From Octopus vulgaris (Eukaryota), in contig OX597814.1 in the NCBI GenBank assembly GCA_951406725.2, forward strand, positions 100,812,001-100,876,000: DNA of 64,000 bases, in the 5' to 3' direction. The first letter of the stretch is position 1. Each line of letters begins with the position of its first letter. The notes under the pieces were generated by a model, which did no database searches, had not been told where the DNA came from, and worked only from the letters and a program-made list of their open reading frames with translations. A program made the translations under genes and the position numbers. This document shows, piece after piece, positions 1 to 12,707 of this stretch.

Positions 1-138
1 GAGAGGACAAACAAGGACAGACAAACGGATCGAGTCGATTATATCGACCCCAGTGCGTAACTGGTATTTATTCAATCGATCCCGAAAGGATGAAAGGCAA
101 AGTCGACCTCGGTGGAATTTGAACTCAGAAAGTAGCGA
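1..138 (-). mobile_element. SINE family A, partial copy
   Basis: Reverse complement of the family A body (gttctgagttcaaattccgccgaggtcgactttgcctttcatcctttcggg...aagtaccagttacgcactggggtcgat), which recurs many times in the window. Confidence 0.8.
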
Positions 139-145
139 TTCCTAG

Positions 146-352
146 ACAGGGTGGTGCGTTGTGTTCTTGAGCTAAACACTTTATCTCGCTTTGCTCTGCG
201 ATCACTTCGACACCTGATGCGTGGCACACAGTGCACTTATTCAGCCAACGTTGATTTAATGAAGAGAGTGAGCTAATGTGTGGCACGATCATTTGATCAC
301 TGTAAACAAATCATTTGTGCAGGGTTATTGAGCAAAAGCTGAACGCTCATAC
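146..352 (+). mobile_element. SINE family C-related fragment
   Basis: gcgttgtgttcttgagctaaacact matches the post-tRNA core of the copy at 52415-52672 (gcattgtgttcttgagcaaaacact); the 3' part differs. Confidence 0.5.
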
Positions 353-1242
353 GTTATATTATTGTAGTGTTAGTTCTTCTTTGTAGAAAGATGAGGATGC
401 TTTCTCTTCTGAATTACCTACTCCTGTTAGTAGCTTGCATTCAATGACACGTACTCCCTCGACGTAATTTGATAACAGATTCAATGTAACACAAAGCGTT
501 CATTTTAAATTAACAATATACCCAACGAAATTCTATACCATTTCCATCAACTCAATTTCACCAAGATCAAAACCCTTCATTTTTCGTTGCTCATATCTAC
601 TCAGCTAGCAAAAATGAGTACTATGGTGATGTAGAGACATGCGTGGCCAGCCAGTGATAAATGGTACCAACCTAAAAAAAAAACCGCTAGGAGTCATTTC
701 TCGATTTAACGGCTATCTTTCTTGTCAGATCTTCCTATTCTTGTTGGAACTCGCTCTCAACGACGCACCATCAGCTGTACAATAGATTTTCATTATGTTT
801 CCCACACTTTTCATTAATGACCTACTTGATGTTAGGCCTAACCTCACGTACGCATGTACATAATACACGTCTTGTAACTCTTCTTAACCTTTCACACACA
901 TGTGTCATGCACATGTAATGTAGACATTTCACACCAGATTGCTCGACTTTCAAGAACAGGGACATTCACTAGTGATATGATGATATGACAGCCTTATTTT
1001 CTCCAGCAAGACTTAAACACTATTCCTGTACATATCAAGATAATTATTTCGCTTCACTCGTCTTACATACGAACAACACATAATTAGAACTGAACGAAGA
1101 GACAACATACTTTTCTCATTGCTCAAATCAAATTCGCATAGAGAATGTTGGTGAAAATGCAATGCAAGTAATATAACTCCTTTGCAGGACTAGAAAATGC
1201 TTTACCTTTGGCTATTTGCAAACTAGCATTAGAGTGTTTCTC

Positions 1243-1480
1243 AAGGCGGCGAGCTGGTAGCATCGTTAGCACGCCGAGCAAAACGCTTACAGTCATTTTG
1301 TTTGTTTTAACGTTCTTAGTTCAAATTCCGCTGAGGTCATCTTTGGCTTTCATCCTTCCGGTGTCGATAAATATAAGTATCACTTAAACACAGGGGTCAA
1401 TGTAATCGACTTAAGCCGACTGTGAATTATGTGCCAGAATTTGAAATCACTACTGCAGTGCCAAAATTCAAAATCAATAT
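1243..1480 (+). mobile_element. SINE family A
   Basis: Head aaggcggcgagctggtagcatcgttagcacgccg, B-box-like agttcaaattcc, core ctttcatccttccggtgtcgataaa. Confidence 0.8.
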
Positions 1481-2127
1481 TACAGTGTTGCTCTTATATT
1501 TAGTTCTGTGTTGCATCTACCCACGCGAACATTCTTGACTTCGTGATAGCAGGTCGTTCGTATAATCGGCTGACATTTATTGACCAACGTACTGCAGCTA
1601 CTAGCGGAAAGATACTTCACTTCTTCTCTGTTTTTTTGTTATTGTAACTATAACTACTGACCCAATATGCTAAGCAACACCTTGGCATGTTCTTCAGGTG
1701 CACATGAGTTTCATTTCCTCCACACCATTCCTATGTTGTTCCTCTCAGAAACGCAGCACCAAAATCTTTTCAACCAGGAACCAGTCTCTTCTAGAAATTC
1801 TTCTATGTTTTCCGACAGGTATTGGTCTACTCAGTTAATTGCTAGTACACATTATTATTATCCTCCTCTCTGGACCAACAAAAATAGAAACTAGGAATAA
1901 TAGACTTTCGTTGTGGCTTCTACAGAGAAAAACCTGTTACAACCGTCCGCAGCACTGTAATTATTTTATTCTTATCGCACTGTCTATAGTTAGTGAGATG
2001 CCTGATGCAGACCACATGACTGCCGGTTCAATCCCACTGCGCGCTTCCTTCGTCATGTGTCCTCTACTATATCCTCGGATTTTCCTGACCTGACCTAGTA
2101 TTTACATATATTCATACATATATACAA

Positions 2128-2166
<39 letters not shown>

Positions 2167-2226
2167 CGCGTGCACGTTTGTGTATTTATGTATACACAAA
2201 TATGTATATATATATATATATATATT
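2128..2226. repeat. (TG)n/(TA)n microsatellite
   Basis: Read directly from the sequence. Confidence 0.9.
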
Positions 2227-2825
2227 CCTCAAATTTCATTAACCTCTTTACTTTGTCGGATAGCATTGCGATATCTGGAGTTCGTCACCTTATTTTTCAT
2301 CCAAACATTCTCTGCTAAAATGAGAAAATTTCCTCGCAAGCATGATAGTGCTTATTTCAAAATCACTCATGGGTAAAATTCTTACCAAATTCTAAAGAAT
2401 TAAAAATACAGAATTTAGTAACGAACGTGTAAAATTGTACAATATATCCTAGTATTTGCTGTTATTTGTTTAACCAGTTGATTTTAACGTATCTTTTGGT
2501 TGTATAAATATCATATTTAAGCACCCAATTGTAAAATTTTGCTTTCTAACATATATTATTTGTGTAAGATTTTTAGTTAGCCTTCGTTTTAACTGTTTTT
2601 TCGTGTATGCCTTACTCATTTTTCGGTATATAATTTAGAGTTCATATCTTTGTAAATGTATCAAGCATTAAATAATTTAAATATCGTGAATTACATTATA
2701 TTTGTGCATGTGCACACATTATTTTAGACAAGTATACTATGTCCAAATAAGGCTATAACCTACAAAGAAACCTATGATCATGTGGGAAGGCATTGACACG
2801 AAATTTGTACTGTGGTATATCGCAC

Positions 2826-2826
<1 letters not shown>

Positions 2827-2859
<33 letters not shown>

Positions 2860-2882
2860 TATCATCATCATCATCATTATCG

Positions 2883-2945
<63 letters not shown>
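2827..2945. repeat. (CAT)n(ATT)n compound microsatellite directly 5' of a family A SINE
   Basis: Read directly from the sequence. Confidence 0.95.
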
Positions 2946-2947
<2 letters not shown>

Positions 2948-2953
2948 AACCCT

Positions 2954-3560
2954 AAGGCGGTGATCTGGCAGAATCATTAGCATGCTTGGTAACAGTGCTT
3001 AGCGACATTTCGTCCACTTTACGTTCTGAGTTTAAATTTCCTCGTGGTAGTCTTTACCGTTCATTATTTCGAGGTCGATAAAGTAAGTACCAGTTTAACA
3101 CTGGGGTCGATGTACCCCTCTCTCAAAATTGCTGAGCTTGAGCCAAAATTTGAAATCGTTATTATTAATACTAACGTGGCGAGTTAACAGAATAATTAGC
3201 TCACCTGACAAAATGCTAAGCTGAATTTCGTCTGCCGCTACGTTCTGAGTTCAAATTCCGCCGAGGTCGACTTTACCATTCATCCTTTCGGGGTCGATTA
3301 AATAAGTACCAGTTACGCACTGGGATCGATATATTCGACTTAATCCGTTTGTCTGTCCTTGTTTGTCCCTTCTGTGCTTAGCCGCTTGTGGGTAGTAAAG
3401 AAATAGGTATTTCATCCGCTTCACGTTCGGAGTTCAATTTCCACAGCGGACGACTTTACCTGTCAACATTTTTAGGTCGGAAAAATGAGAAGCAGTTATG
3501 CACTGGAGTCGAAGAAATCGACTAACCCAGTTTTCCACAATTTCAGGCCTTGGTCCTATT
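2954..3560 (+). mobile_element. Tandem SINE family A copies (about 2954-3160, 3176-3405, partial unit 3406-3560)
   Basis: Repeated heads (aaggcggtgatctggcagaatcattagc; gtggcgagttaacagaataattagc), repeated cores, and tail ttagccgcttgtgggtagtaaagaaata. Confidence 0.8.
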
Positions 3561-4045
3561 AACCCTCCCTTATATACTCAGTAGTTATTTTAATGTTTGT
3601 CTACATATAAACATGTATATGAATTTGCGCGTTTGTAAGTGTGAAAGTGCGCGTTTGTATGTACATACGAGTATGTGTTTAGGTGTAATACAATATTTCT
3701 CTTCTACCACGATCGTTCAAATACGGCAGCCATTTCCATCTTATTTGAAGTTATGCTCACTGTTATAGTAAGATTGCTATCTTTCCATTCTTACTTTGAT
3801 TTCAATCAGTATGGCAGACTTAACGAAATACGATGTTAATTGCTTGCTGGCTTCAGCAGACAGACATTGAAACACATCAGTTTGTTTCAGGTCAGACTTA
3901 ATTAAACTGAAATTTAGTGTAGGCTGTTCTTCGACAGCTGTCCAACTTTTTTTTAAGTGGCACAATAAAAAAATAATGCTATGGGTGAGGAGGAGGAGGG
4001 GCGGCGAAGGTGAAGGAGATTTTCTTTATTTACTTCAAGTGCACT

Positions 4046-4268
4046 ATAAATACAAAACACTAAGGTGTATCACGACTACAATTTTTAAGGTATACATATA
4101 TATATATATATGTGTCTGACTGCGTGGTAAGAAGCTTGCTTCTCATCCACATGGTTCTAGGTTCAGTCCCACTGTGTGAGACAAATGTCTTCTACTATAG
4201 CCTTGGGCTGACCAATGCCTTTTGAGTGGATTTGGTAGAGAGAAACTGAAACAAGCCCGCCGTGTATG

Positions 4269-4361
<93 letters not shown>

Positions 4362-4618
4362 CTGTGTGTGTGTTTGTGTATACGTATATATCTATGTGTG
4401 TGTGCCTTTGCGCCTGTGCTTACCCTCCCCCTATCACCGCTTGATAACTGGTATTATTGTGTTTATATGTCCGTAACTTAGCGGTTCGGCAAAAGAGAGA
4501 ATAGAATAAGTACTAGGCTTTAAAATAAGACCTGAGATCGATTTCTTCGACTAAAACTCAAGGGGTGGTATTCCAGCATGGTCGCAGTCAAATGACTGAA
4601 ACAAATAAAAGAATAAAA

Positions 4619-4654
<36 letters not shown>

Positions 4655-4829
4655 ACTCAAAAGGCATTGGTCAGCCCAAGGCTATAGTAGAATCATTTGT
4701 CTCACACAGTGGGACTGAACCTAGAACCATGTGGATGAGAAGCAAGCTTCTTACCACGCAGTCAGACACATATATATATATAAACCTTAAAAATTGTAGT
4801 CGTGATACACCTTAGTGTTTTGTATTTAT
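4046..4829. repeat. Inverted duplication, arms 4046-4231 and 4651-4829
   Basis: ataaatacaaaacactaagg...ttttgagtggat is the reverse complement of atccactcaaaagg...ccttagtgttttgtatttat. Confidence 0.92.
4112..4620 (+). mobile_element. SINE family B (tRNA head, internal microsatellite, tail gactgaaacaaataaaagaataaaag)
   Basis: tgcgtggtaagaagcttgct...ggttcagtcccactg...tcttctactatagccttggg...gtaacttagcggttcggcaaaaga; same layout as 30920-31330, 32505-32951 and 44552-44932. Confidence 0.85.
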
Positions 4830-5186
4830 GTTCAGTCAAACATATCAGCCTTGTCTTACGACACCAAACATTGTAACTTGATACTAACACACGGACGTAG
4901 AGGGGAACCAACAAAAATTTCTAAGACCAGTAATTTGACTATACTCTATCAATCAAATCCTGTTCAAAACTTGTACCGATTTGAGCCATGAACTCCTTAT
5001 AAAAATGGGGCAATCTTCAAACACTAATGAGAAGCAAGACAGCTGGGACATAAGCCACGTCTTTGTATAAAAACGTTTTGAAAATCAGAGTAAACTGTGA
5101 AACCGGTTAAAGCTTTAAATATATTTTAAATACATTAATAAAGCATATTTTAACTATTCTCGGTGCATTTTCAACTTTATCTTTTC

Positions 5187-5218
<32 letters not shown>

Positions 5219-5225
5219 TATAATA

Positions 5226-5265
<40 letters not shown>

Positions 5266-5338
5266 GATGTATGTATAGTAATATTCAATATATATATATA
5301 TATATATATATATGAATATGCTTGAATACATACATCTC

Positions 5339-5384
<46 letters not shown>

Positions 5385-5391
5385 AGCTATA

Positions 5392-5429
<38 letters not shown>

Positions 5430-5438
5430 TATGCTATA

Positions 5439-5494
<56 letters not shown>

Positions 5495-5849
5495 AGATAA
5501 AGTTGAAAATGCACCGAGAATAGTTAAAATATGCTTTATTAATGTATTTAAAATATATTTAAAGCTTTAACCGGTTTCACAGTTTACCCTGATTTTCAAA
5601 ACGTTCTTCTACAAAGACGTGGCTTATGTCCCAGCTGTTTTGCTTCTCATTAGTGTTTGAAGATTGCCCCATTTTTATAAGGAGTTCATGGCTCAAATCG
5701 GTACAAGTTTTGAACAGGATTTGATTGATAGAGGATCGTCAAATTACTGGTCTTAGATATTTTTGTTGGTTCCCCTCTACGTCCGTGTGTTAGTATCAAG
5801 TTACAATGTTTGGTGTCGTAAGACAAGGCTGATATGTTTGACTGAACAT
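4828..5849. repeat. Long inverted repeat (arms about 4828-5220 and 5437-5849) around a (TA)n-rich centre; probable PLE pseudo-LTR pair
   Basis: atgttcagtcaaacatatcagcc... versus ...ggctgatatgtttgactgaacat, with few mismatches. Each arm has a degenerate hammerhead-like motif (cttt...GAAAC CG GTT aaag at about 5061-5112). Confidence 0.88.
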
Positions 5850-5909
5850 TTCCAAGCAATCAATGCTATGAATGCTTTCTTTCAAGTTTTGTAGAGATTT
5901 ACAGATGTA

Positions 5910-5978
<69 letters not shown>

Positions 5979-6129
5979 TTCCTGCTACGTTCGTGCGTTA
6001 GTATTACGTGACAGTATATTTTGCGCCTAAATAGAAGCCCGACACAGTTAAGTGAACATGTTTAGTAATAATCAAGGCACTCCAAAATTAATCTATCTGG
6101 TGGGAGAGTGAACAGGAGTCGTTTGTACG

Positions 6130-6480
6130 TAGTGCAGTTTGTACATTTGTATGAATGTACTTCCTTTGTTTATCCGTACTTCATCTGTGGTATTCGCTGA
6201 ACATAGGTATATGGGGAGGACCTAGAATTTAGGGAACTTACCTATTGCACATGTCTTTGTAAACACTCAGTGGAATCTGTATCGTACTAGGGTCTCGTAT
6301 TTGCTGTCGGTGAAAGGTCAGTCTATTTCTTAGAGTAAACTTTGTTTGACCTATGTAACCTTCAGTACATGCTTGACATTTGATGGCGTAGAACATGTAA
6401 AGAACATGTAGAGTGATTTTTACGGTAAAAGTCTATCCTGATTTGAATTTGTATGTTGTGGCGGCAACACTGCATTGCTT
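6130..6480 (-). pseudogene. Penelope-like retroelement GIY-YIG endonuclease C-terminal remnant
   Basis: My translation of the minus strand from 6393 gives FYAIKCQACTEGYIGQTKFTLRNRLTFHRQQIRDP (Y.I.C..C...YIGQT...L..R...H). After a frameshift it reads PKF*VLPIYLCSANTTDEVRINKGSTFIQMYK. Stops and frameshifts are present; flanked by microsatellites. Confidence 0.8.
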
Positions 6481-6570
6481 CAAAGGGAAAATATTTTGGG
6501 AGCGATAAAAGTGGAAACACGGAAAACTAAGTGAATAAAATAAAATTGCAAAATTCCGATATATGCATGT

Positions 6571-6646
<76 letters not shown>

Positions 6647-6929
6647 GTATGTATATATGTGAATATGTATATGTATATATATACATATATATATATGTTT
6701 ATACGTATATATATATATATATATATATGTATATGTACGTCCTTCTCTAATTCCATTTATCTTCCCCTTCCTCCTTCACCGTTTTCTATCTCTATCTCTC
6801 TCTCTCTCCCCTCTCTATCCGCTCTTTTTCTTTTTCTTGTTGATCTTTCTTTTCCTCACGTACACCATCTCCCACTGGCTGGCCACGCCTGTCTCGACAT
6901 CACTATAGTATTCATTTTTGCTAGTTGAG

Positions 6930-7058
6930 TTGACATGAGCAACGAGAAATGAAGGGTTTTGATCAAGGGCTCAACGCATCTCGTGCTCCAGGAATCGAAA
7001 CCACAATGCTAAGATCATGAAGCCAACACGCTAGCCACTATGTCACTTGCCTCCGCAG
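6930..7058 (-). mobile_element. SINE family C-like head, degenerate
   Basis: Reverse complement reads gcggaggcaagtgacatagtggctagcgtgttgg...tggtttcgattcctgg...tgcgttgagcccttgatcaaaaccctt. Confidence 0.55.
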
Positions 7059-7659
7059 CTACATAAATATCAATAACGTTTAGCGAGAGCATGCTACATG
7101 CTACCAAATAATATTTACTTCTCAATGGGGACTATGTATAATAATTCATGCTATTATAGCTTTTTAAAACTGAATATTCATTATTCGATGCTTTTACATC
7201 TGTCTGTTAAGAGATGGGTTAAACATTGCAAACTCGTTCGCTATGTCTGTATACATAAAATCATGTATGCATATGTCTCTATGCATTGCATGTAACACAT
7301 GATAAAAAACAAAACGGAACATATGTAGTATAAATAAGGAACGATGATGGGAGGAAATTGGGAGTGAAAATATAGAGTAAGTGTTATCATTATGTACTGG
7401 GGACATCGTATAGTGATAACAGCGTTAGAAAGGAAATACGTCAATGGAAACTTGATGAATTGACCAGCGTCGGAACCTTGTACGAGAAGGGAGGATGTTA
7501 CAGTGGATAAGATGAAGAAAATAAGATGCCCTGAAAGCGCGACAAAGAGGAAGCCAGGGACGGAAGTTAAAGTAATAGTGTTGAGAGATGATGTAATGTA
7601 ATAAAATATCTGCAAACATGCTGAAAATATAAGTAAAACATACGTTTACAGATGTATGA

Positions 7660-7697
<38 letters not shown>

Positions 7698-9552
7698 ATA
7701 TGAAGTAAATAGAAACGGATACTCTGCTCATATATAACAGAAATATAATTACAAACACAAGCACATACGCACACAAATGCACACAGTGAAACACACATCA
7801 CACAAGAATACAGAATCACGTCTGCATGTATAATAAAAACGTGCACCTGCATACGAATATGCTTGCGCGCGCTTACATGTATATGAATCGCAAACCTGTA
7901 TGTCTGCGCATGCACGTATGTGTGTATGTGTGTATGTGTGTGTGTGTGTGTGTGAGTGTGTTTGTGTGTATGTATGTGTGTATTTGTGTGCGTGTGTGTG
8001 TTTGTGTGTATGTATGTATGTGTGTATTTGTGTGCGTAATCGCCGTGCATGGGTAGAATCCCGATAGTAATGCATTGGGTTACTGTTCCAGCCTCTTAAG
8101 TACCCAGTTCAAATCCTGCAAATGATATCCACGCCGTCCAACTATCCCATGTCGAATGCAGAACTCACGTAACGCCTCTCCATATATTGTGGCCTTATGC
8201 TAGAAATTGATGTGTGTGTTTATATTGGAGTACACATACACGTCCGCGTACGCGAGCGTGCGTTGTCACACATATACATATACAAGAATCACTCTTCATC
8301 CAGAAACAACGTGACAAAATGTGGGTTTGAAGTGGCTGTATCTTTGAATAACAGGATAAATCTATGCGATGGGTAGAGTGAAAATTTCACGTCCTTCCTA
8401 GCGTTATGGAAGGAGTATAGCTATGGTAAAGAACCCCTGGATAAGATGATTGATACACGTAAATGTACTTGTATATTAGATGAGAGACTTCATATAGCCA
8501 AAACAGATAGAGTATGCGTGTATACTTCTCTAAATTTGCATGCATATATATATATATGTATGTATACAAACACGCACACATATATACACACGCAACACAT
8601 ACATTAATAATGTGTACAGTTAATGATTAAATACTTTCGTCTATGCTACAGAAAGTGACAATTGCAAACGCCACGCAGTCGAATCAAGCCATGGACCTTG
8701 TAGTTGCAAAGCCTACACATTTACGCACACACGCACCCTCATACACGCTCACACACGCACCGGTGTGCACACACTCACCTCCACACATACATGCAATCTA
8801 CAGTTGTATCTATTCGATTCGCTAAATTTCGAGAAAAATCACTGTCTGGCTAGAATGATTATTGACTGTTGATCGCAATGATCCAATGTATAACACATTT
8901 AGTTTTATAGATGACCTAGATAGGAATATTCATATTTTTTTGACATTAGTGGATGTAGTTAACAGCCACATTAGGTAAGGATATCCTCAGACATATGTTT
9001 GATATACATTTATGTAGAAACAAAGATTAATCTAGGATTGAATATCGATTACAATTATGAATTTTAGACGAGTATCAATGTAGATATGAAGTATAAAATA
9101 AATAGAATGGCTCCTTACATGTAAACAAATTCTTTTCTCACAACTCCGGTTTCATGCAACAGCAATCGTCGCACGGGATCTGCTTTACTTTTAATGTAAT
9201 GAATAAGGAAATACTAGTAGCAGTGCTCGCCCGTTAACTGCGGTAGCGTATAACTAGAGTGTGATTACGAATGTGTGTGTGTGTATGTTTGTGTGTGTTT
9301 GTCTCTATGTACATGTGCATAGCATTTGTGTAGTATAGTATAAAAGATATGACATCTAACCGACGTATGACTATAGTTTGAGAGATATCAAGAATGCTGA
9401 TTACATATAGAAACACGCTGTTCGAGAAGTGTGTTTCTTGTGAATCTTTGCAATGACAGTCACTTTTTATTTTTATCTTTATATTACATTTATTGTTTAT
9501 ATTTTTACATTCAGTACATCGTAAACTCTAGTAATAAGTGGTTCTTTTTTTA

Positions 9553-9677
9553 AAATTAGTAATTTTTTTATACATTTGTATATCCTTTAGAGAAAATTAG
9601 GTGATTAGTCATACATACATATGTGCGTATGTGTGCATGTATGTATGTATGTATGTATGTACATGTGTGTAATATTA
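9553..9677 (+). repeat. About 125 bp direct duplicate of 15265-15389
   Basis: aaattagtaatttttttatacatttgtatatcctttagagaaaattaggtgattagtcatac...gtgtaatatta appears identical at both sites. Confidence 0.9.
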
Positions 9678-9762
9678 GTAAAATTTTAGTGTTACTTGTT
9701 TTAACTGGCGTCTGTGACCAAGCTGAGGAACTACACACATATGCACACACATGCGCACCCAC

Positions 9763-9840
<78 letters not shown>

Positions 9841-11382
9841 GTGTAAACATATATATGTGTGAGTAGGTGTGCGCGTGTAGAGATGCACACAGACACACAT
9901 GCATACATGCATTGCTAGATAAATATTATTACATGAATCAGATTTGCGTATAAATCCATGTATGTATGCGTTTGAACGAATTCCTCAATAGCTTTCTTCT
10001 AGTATTTTTTTGTTGTCATTTTAATTGTGTGTGTATATATATTTATTTTGTGAAACGTTTTCTATTCTGTTTTTCCTATTTTTTCTTCCACAAATGAAAA
10101 AACAAACAAACACAGAGATATAATAAAATATATAATACAATAAAATGAAAGAACCAATTTTTTCCCCTCCGTTTGTCCATTAAAATAGATTTGAATAAAT
10201 TTGGGGCTCTTTTATTTGACCGGAATATCCCGACTGGCATTTTGATCAGTTGCCACCTGCTCTCATATAAATTAATTTATCTTGTTCCAGCTGAAAAGAA
10301 GTTTGACATTTTTTTATAGTACATTCTAGATTTGTCTTTCTTTTACTTCGACATTTTGCTTTGGTTTTGTTGGTGCTATCAACGCGTATGTGTGTGTATG
10401 TGTGAATTTTATGTGTGTGTGCGTGCGTGCGTGTATATACGTATATTTGGTTTGGCATATTTCATTTATGTGCACAGCTTTCATTTGGTTATATAGATGC
10501 ATACACACACACGCGCGGACACACACACAAACACACATATATATGGATACGTACATACATACATATGCATATGCTGATATTTACTTTTTTTCTATTTTTC
10601 CAAATGAATAAAATGCATTCACTTTTTATTCTGTCTTTTGTATCTTTTTCTCTTTATGTATGGGGAGCAATTTGTCTTTTTTGTCCTAAGTATTTATTGG
10701 ACCAAGCTTCCATCTGTCAGTTCTGTATTCTGTTCGACTCGTCAATCTACATTTTTTTATTTTGTGCTATTTTCGTCTCTTTTTCTTCTCTCTTTCACTT
10801 TTACATTTTCCGTCCTTTCATACACCAGCAGAATGACAGCCCGCCGGGCGGTTTAGTGCTCGCCGCTAAATGATATTTACACGTTTGATTCTCAATTTGT
10901 GTAATTTTTATCTATTACACATTATTCTCCTTTGTATCCTTTATTCGTCTAATTATACTCACACGCTCAGTAAATATTCTTCCTGTATTTTATCGCAGTC
11001 TTAATTTCTATTTTTTAAACAAACTCAAGAGTAGTCTACCGGTGGTCGCTTATTATGCTAGAAATAGCAAGCACTACATGATTATATTCTAAGACGCATA
11101 ACATATAAAACAGCCATACCATCAAATTTTCTTTTCCCAAATTATGCCGGTGTAGCGATTTCAAATTACCTTCCATTCCACTTATCCCCCGGTGATTTAA
11201 AATCGTGCTCAGATTACAGTGAGTCAGGAGGAAATGGTTCCAAATTATACCGGTACTACTTTGAAATCTATTTCACTCTAAGCCATATAATACTAGATTG
11301 GACCACTAGAAATCTTACCCCAAATGTAAGTCAACTTATTGGCAAACAAGTGAATTATCATTATGATAGTGTTATTTGTTTT

Positions 11383-11435
11383 CATCATCATCATCATGAA
11401 AATAATCATCATTATTATTATTATTATTATTATTA

Positions 11436-11511
<76 letters not shown>

Positions 11512-11519
11512 CATTATTA

Positions 11520-11556
<37 letters not shown>

Positions 11557-11586
11557 CGTTGTTGTTGTTGTTGTTGTTGTTTTTGT
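11383..11586. repeat. (CAT)/(ATT)n/(GTT)n microsatellite directly 5' of a family A SINE
   Basis: Read directly from the sequence. Confidence 0.95.
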
Positions 11587-11587
11587 T

Positions 11588-11797
11588 AAGGCAGCGAAGT
11601 TGGCAGAATCGTTAGCACGCCGGGAATAATGCTTAGCGGTATTTCGTCCGTCTTTACATCATGAGTTCAAATTCCGTAGAGGGTGACCTTTCATCCTTTT
11701 GGGGTCGATAAAATAAGTACAAGTTGAACACTGGGTTCGATGTAATCGACATACCCACTCCCTTGCTTGCTGGTCTTGTGCTAAAATTTGAAACCAT
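11588..11797 (+). mobile_element. SINE family A
   Basis: aaggcagcgaagttggcagaatcgttagcacgccggg...gagttcaaattcc...ctttcatccttttggggtcgataaaataagtac. Confidence 0.85.
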
Positions 11798-12707
11798 CAT
11801 TATTATTATTACTTATTTTATATTTTTCTGTAATTTATAATAGCTAACAATAATTATATTTTATAAGTAACTTCTGAAAAACCTCAGAGGAGAAGGAAGA
11901 TAAAGAGTTAGATCAGTAATCAATTCGCAGATATTTCTCTTTCCGTGTACGTATTGGGTACATGTGTGTTTGTATTTAAATGCATAACGTTTTTACTGAC
12001 TTCTCTGTAACTTGAAATCGTGTCTAGATGGGTCAAGGTTGAAATCGAAATTGGAGGAAAATTAAACTAATTACTATTCATAGCAGATTCTAGTAATTTA
12101 AACCGCTATGAAATGCTTTGAAGTGTAGTCTGTTCGTTATGTTACAGCCAAATTGTATGTATGGATATAGATATACATTCATATGTTACATTTATATGTG
12201 TGCCGGACGATGTAGTGTCACTTATGCAAAGTATCATATATTACGAAACAGTTGTTGACTAATGGGGTAAGCATCCATTCTCTCACTTCACTTCTCTTGT
12301 ATGGCTAAATTTTATACAAATTCTCCACCACTGCATATCATGGATTTTCAGAACGATAGTGAAATTTCAGAACGACGGTGAAATTACATGTAAGTATGAA
12401 CCACGGTTTTTTCTTTACAGCTACGCACCAGGCTGGAAGCATATGAAATTTGATTCTTCGAATCCTTAATTTTTAGTATACATAATTATATATGTGTGTG
12501 TGTGTTTGTGTGTATATGTAAGAATGTATTATGTATGTGTGTATGTATCTATGCATGTAAGTATGTCTATATGTATGTACGTATGTATGTATGTATGTAT
12601 GTATGTATGTATGTATGTATGTATGTGTGTGTGTGCGTATGTATGTATATATGTATGTATGTACATATGTATATGTGTATGTATACATCAGAAATGCATC
12701 TTTTAAT

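Noticed and set aside
750-1800. Possible very old LINE RT remnant (FINDL-like motif near 810)
   Set aside because: Too degenerate to translate convincingly by eye; it needs a tBLASTx or HMM search.
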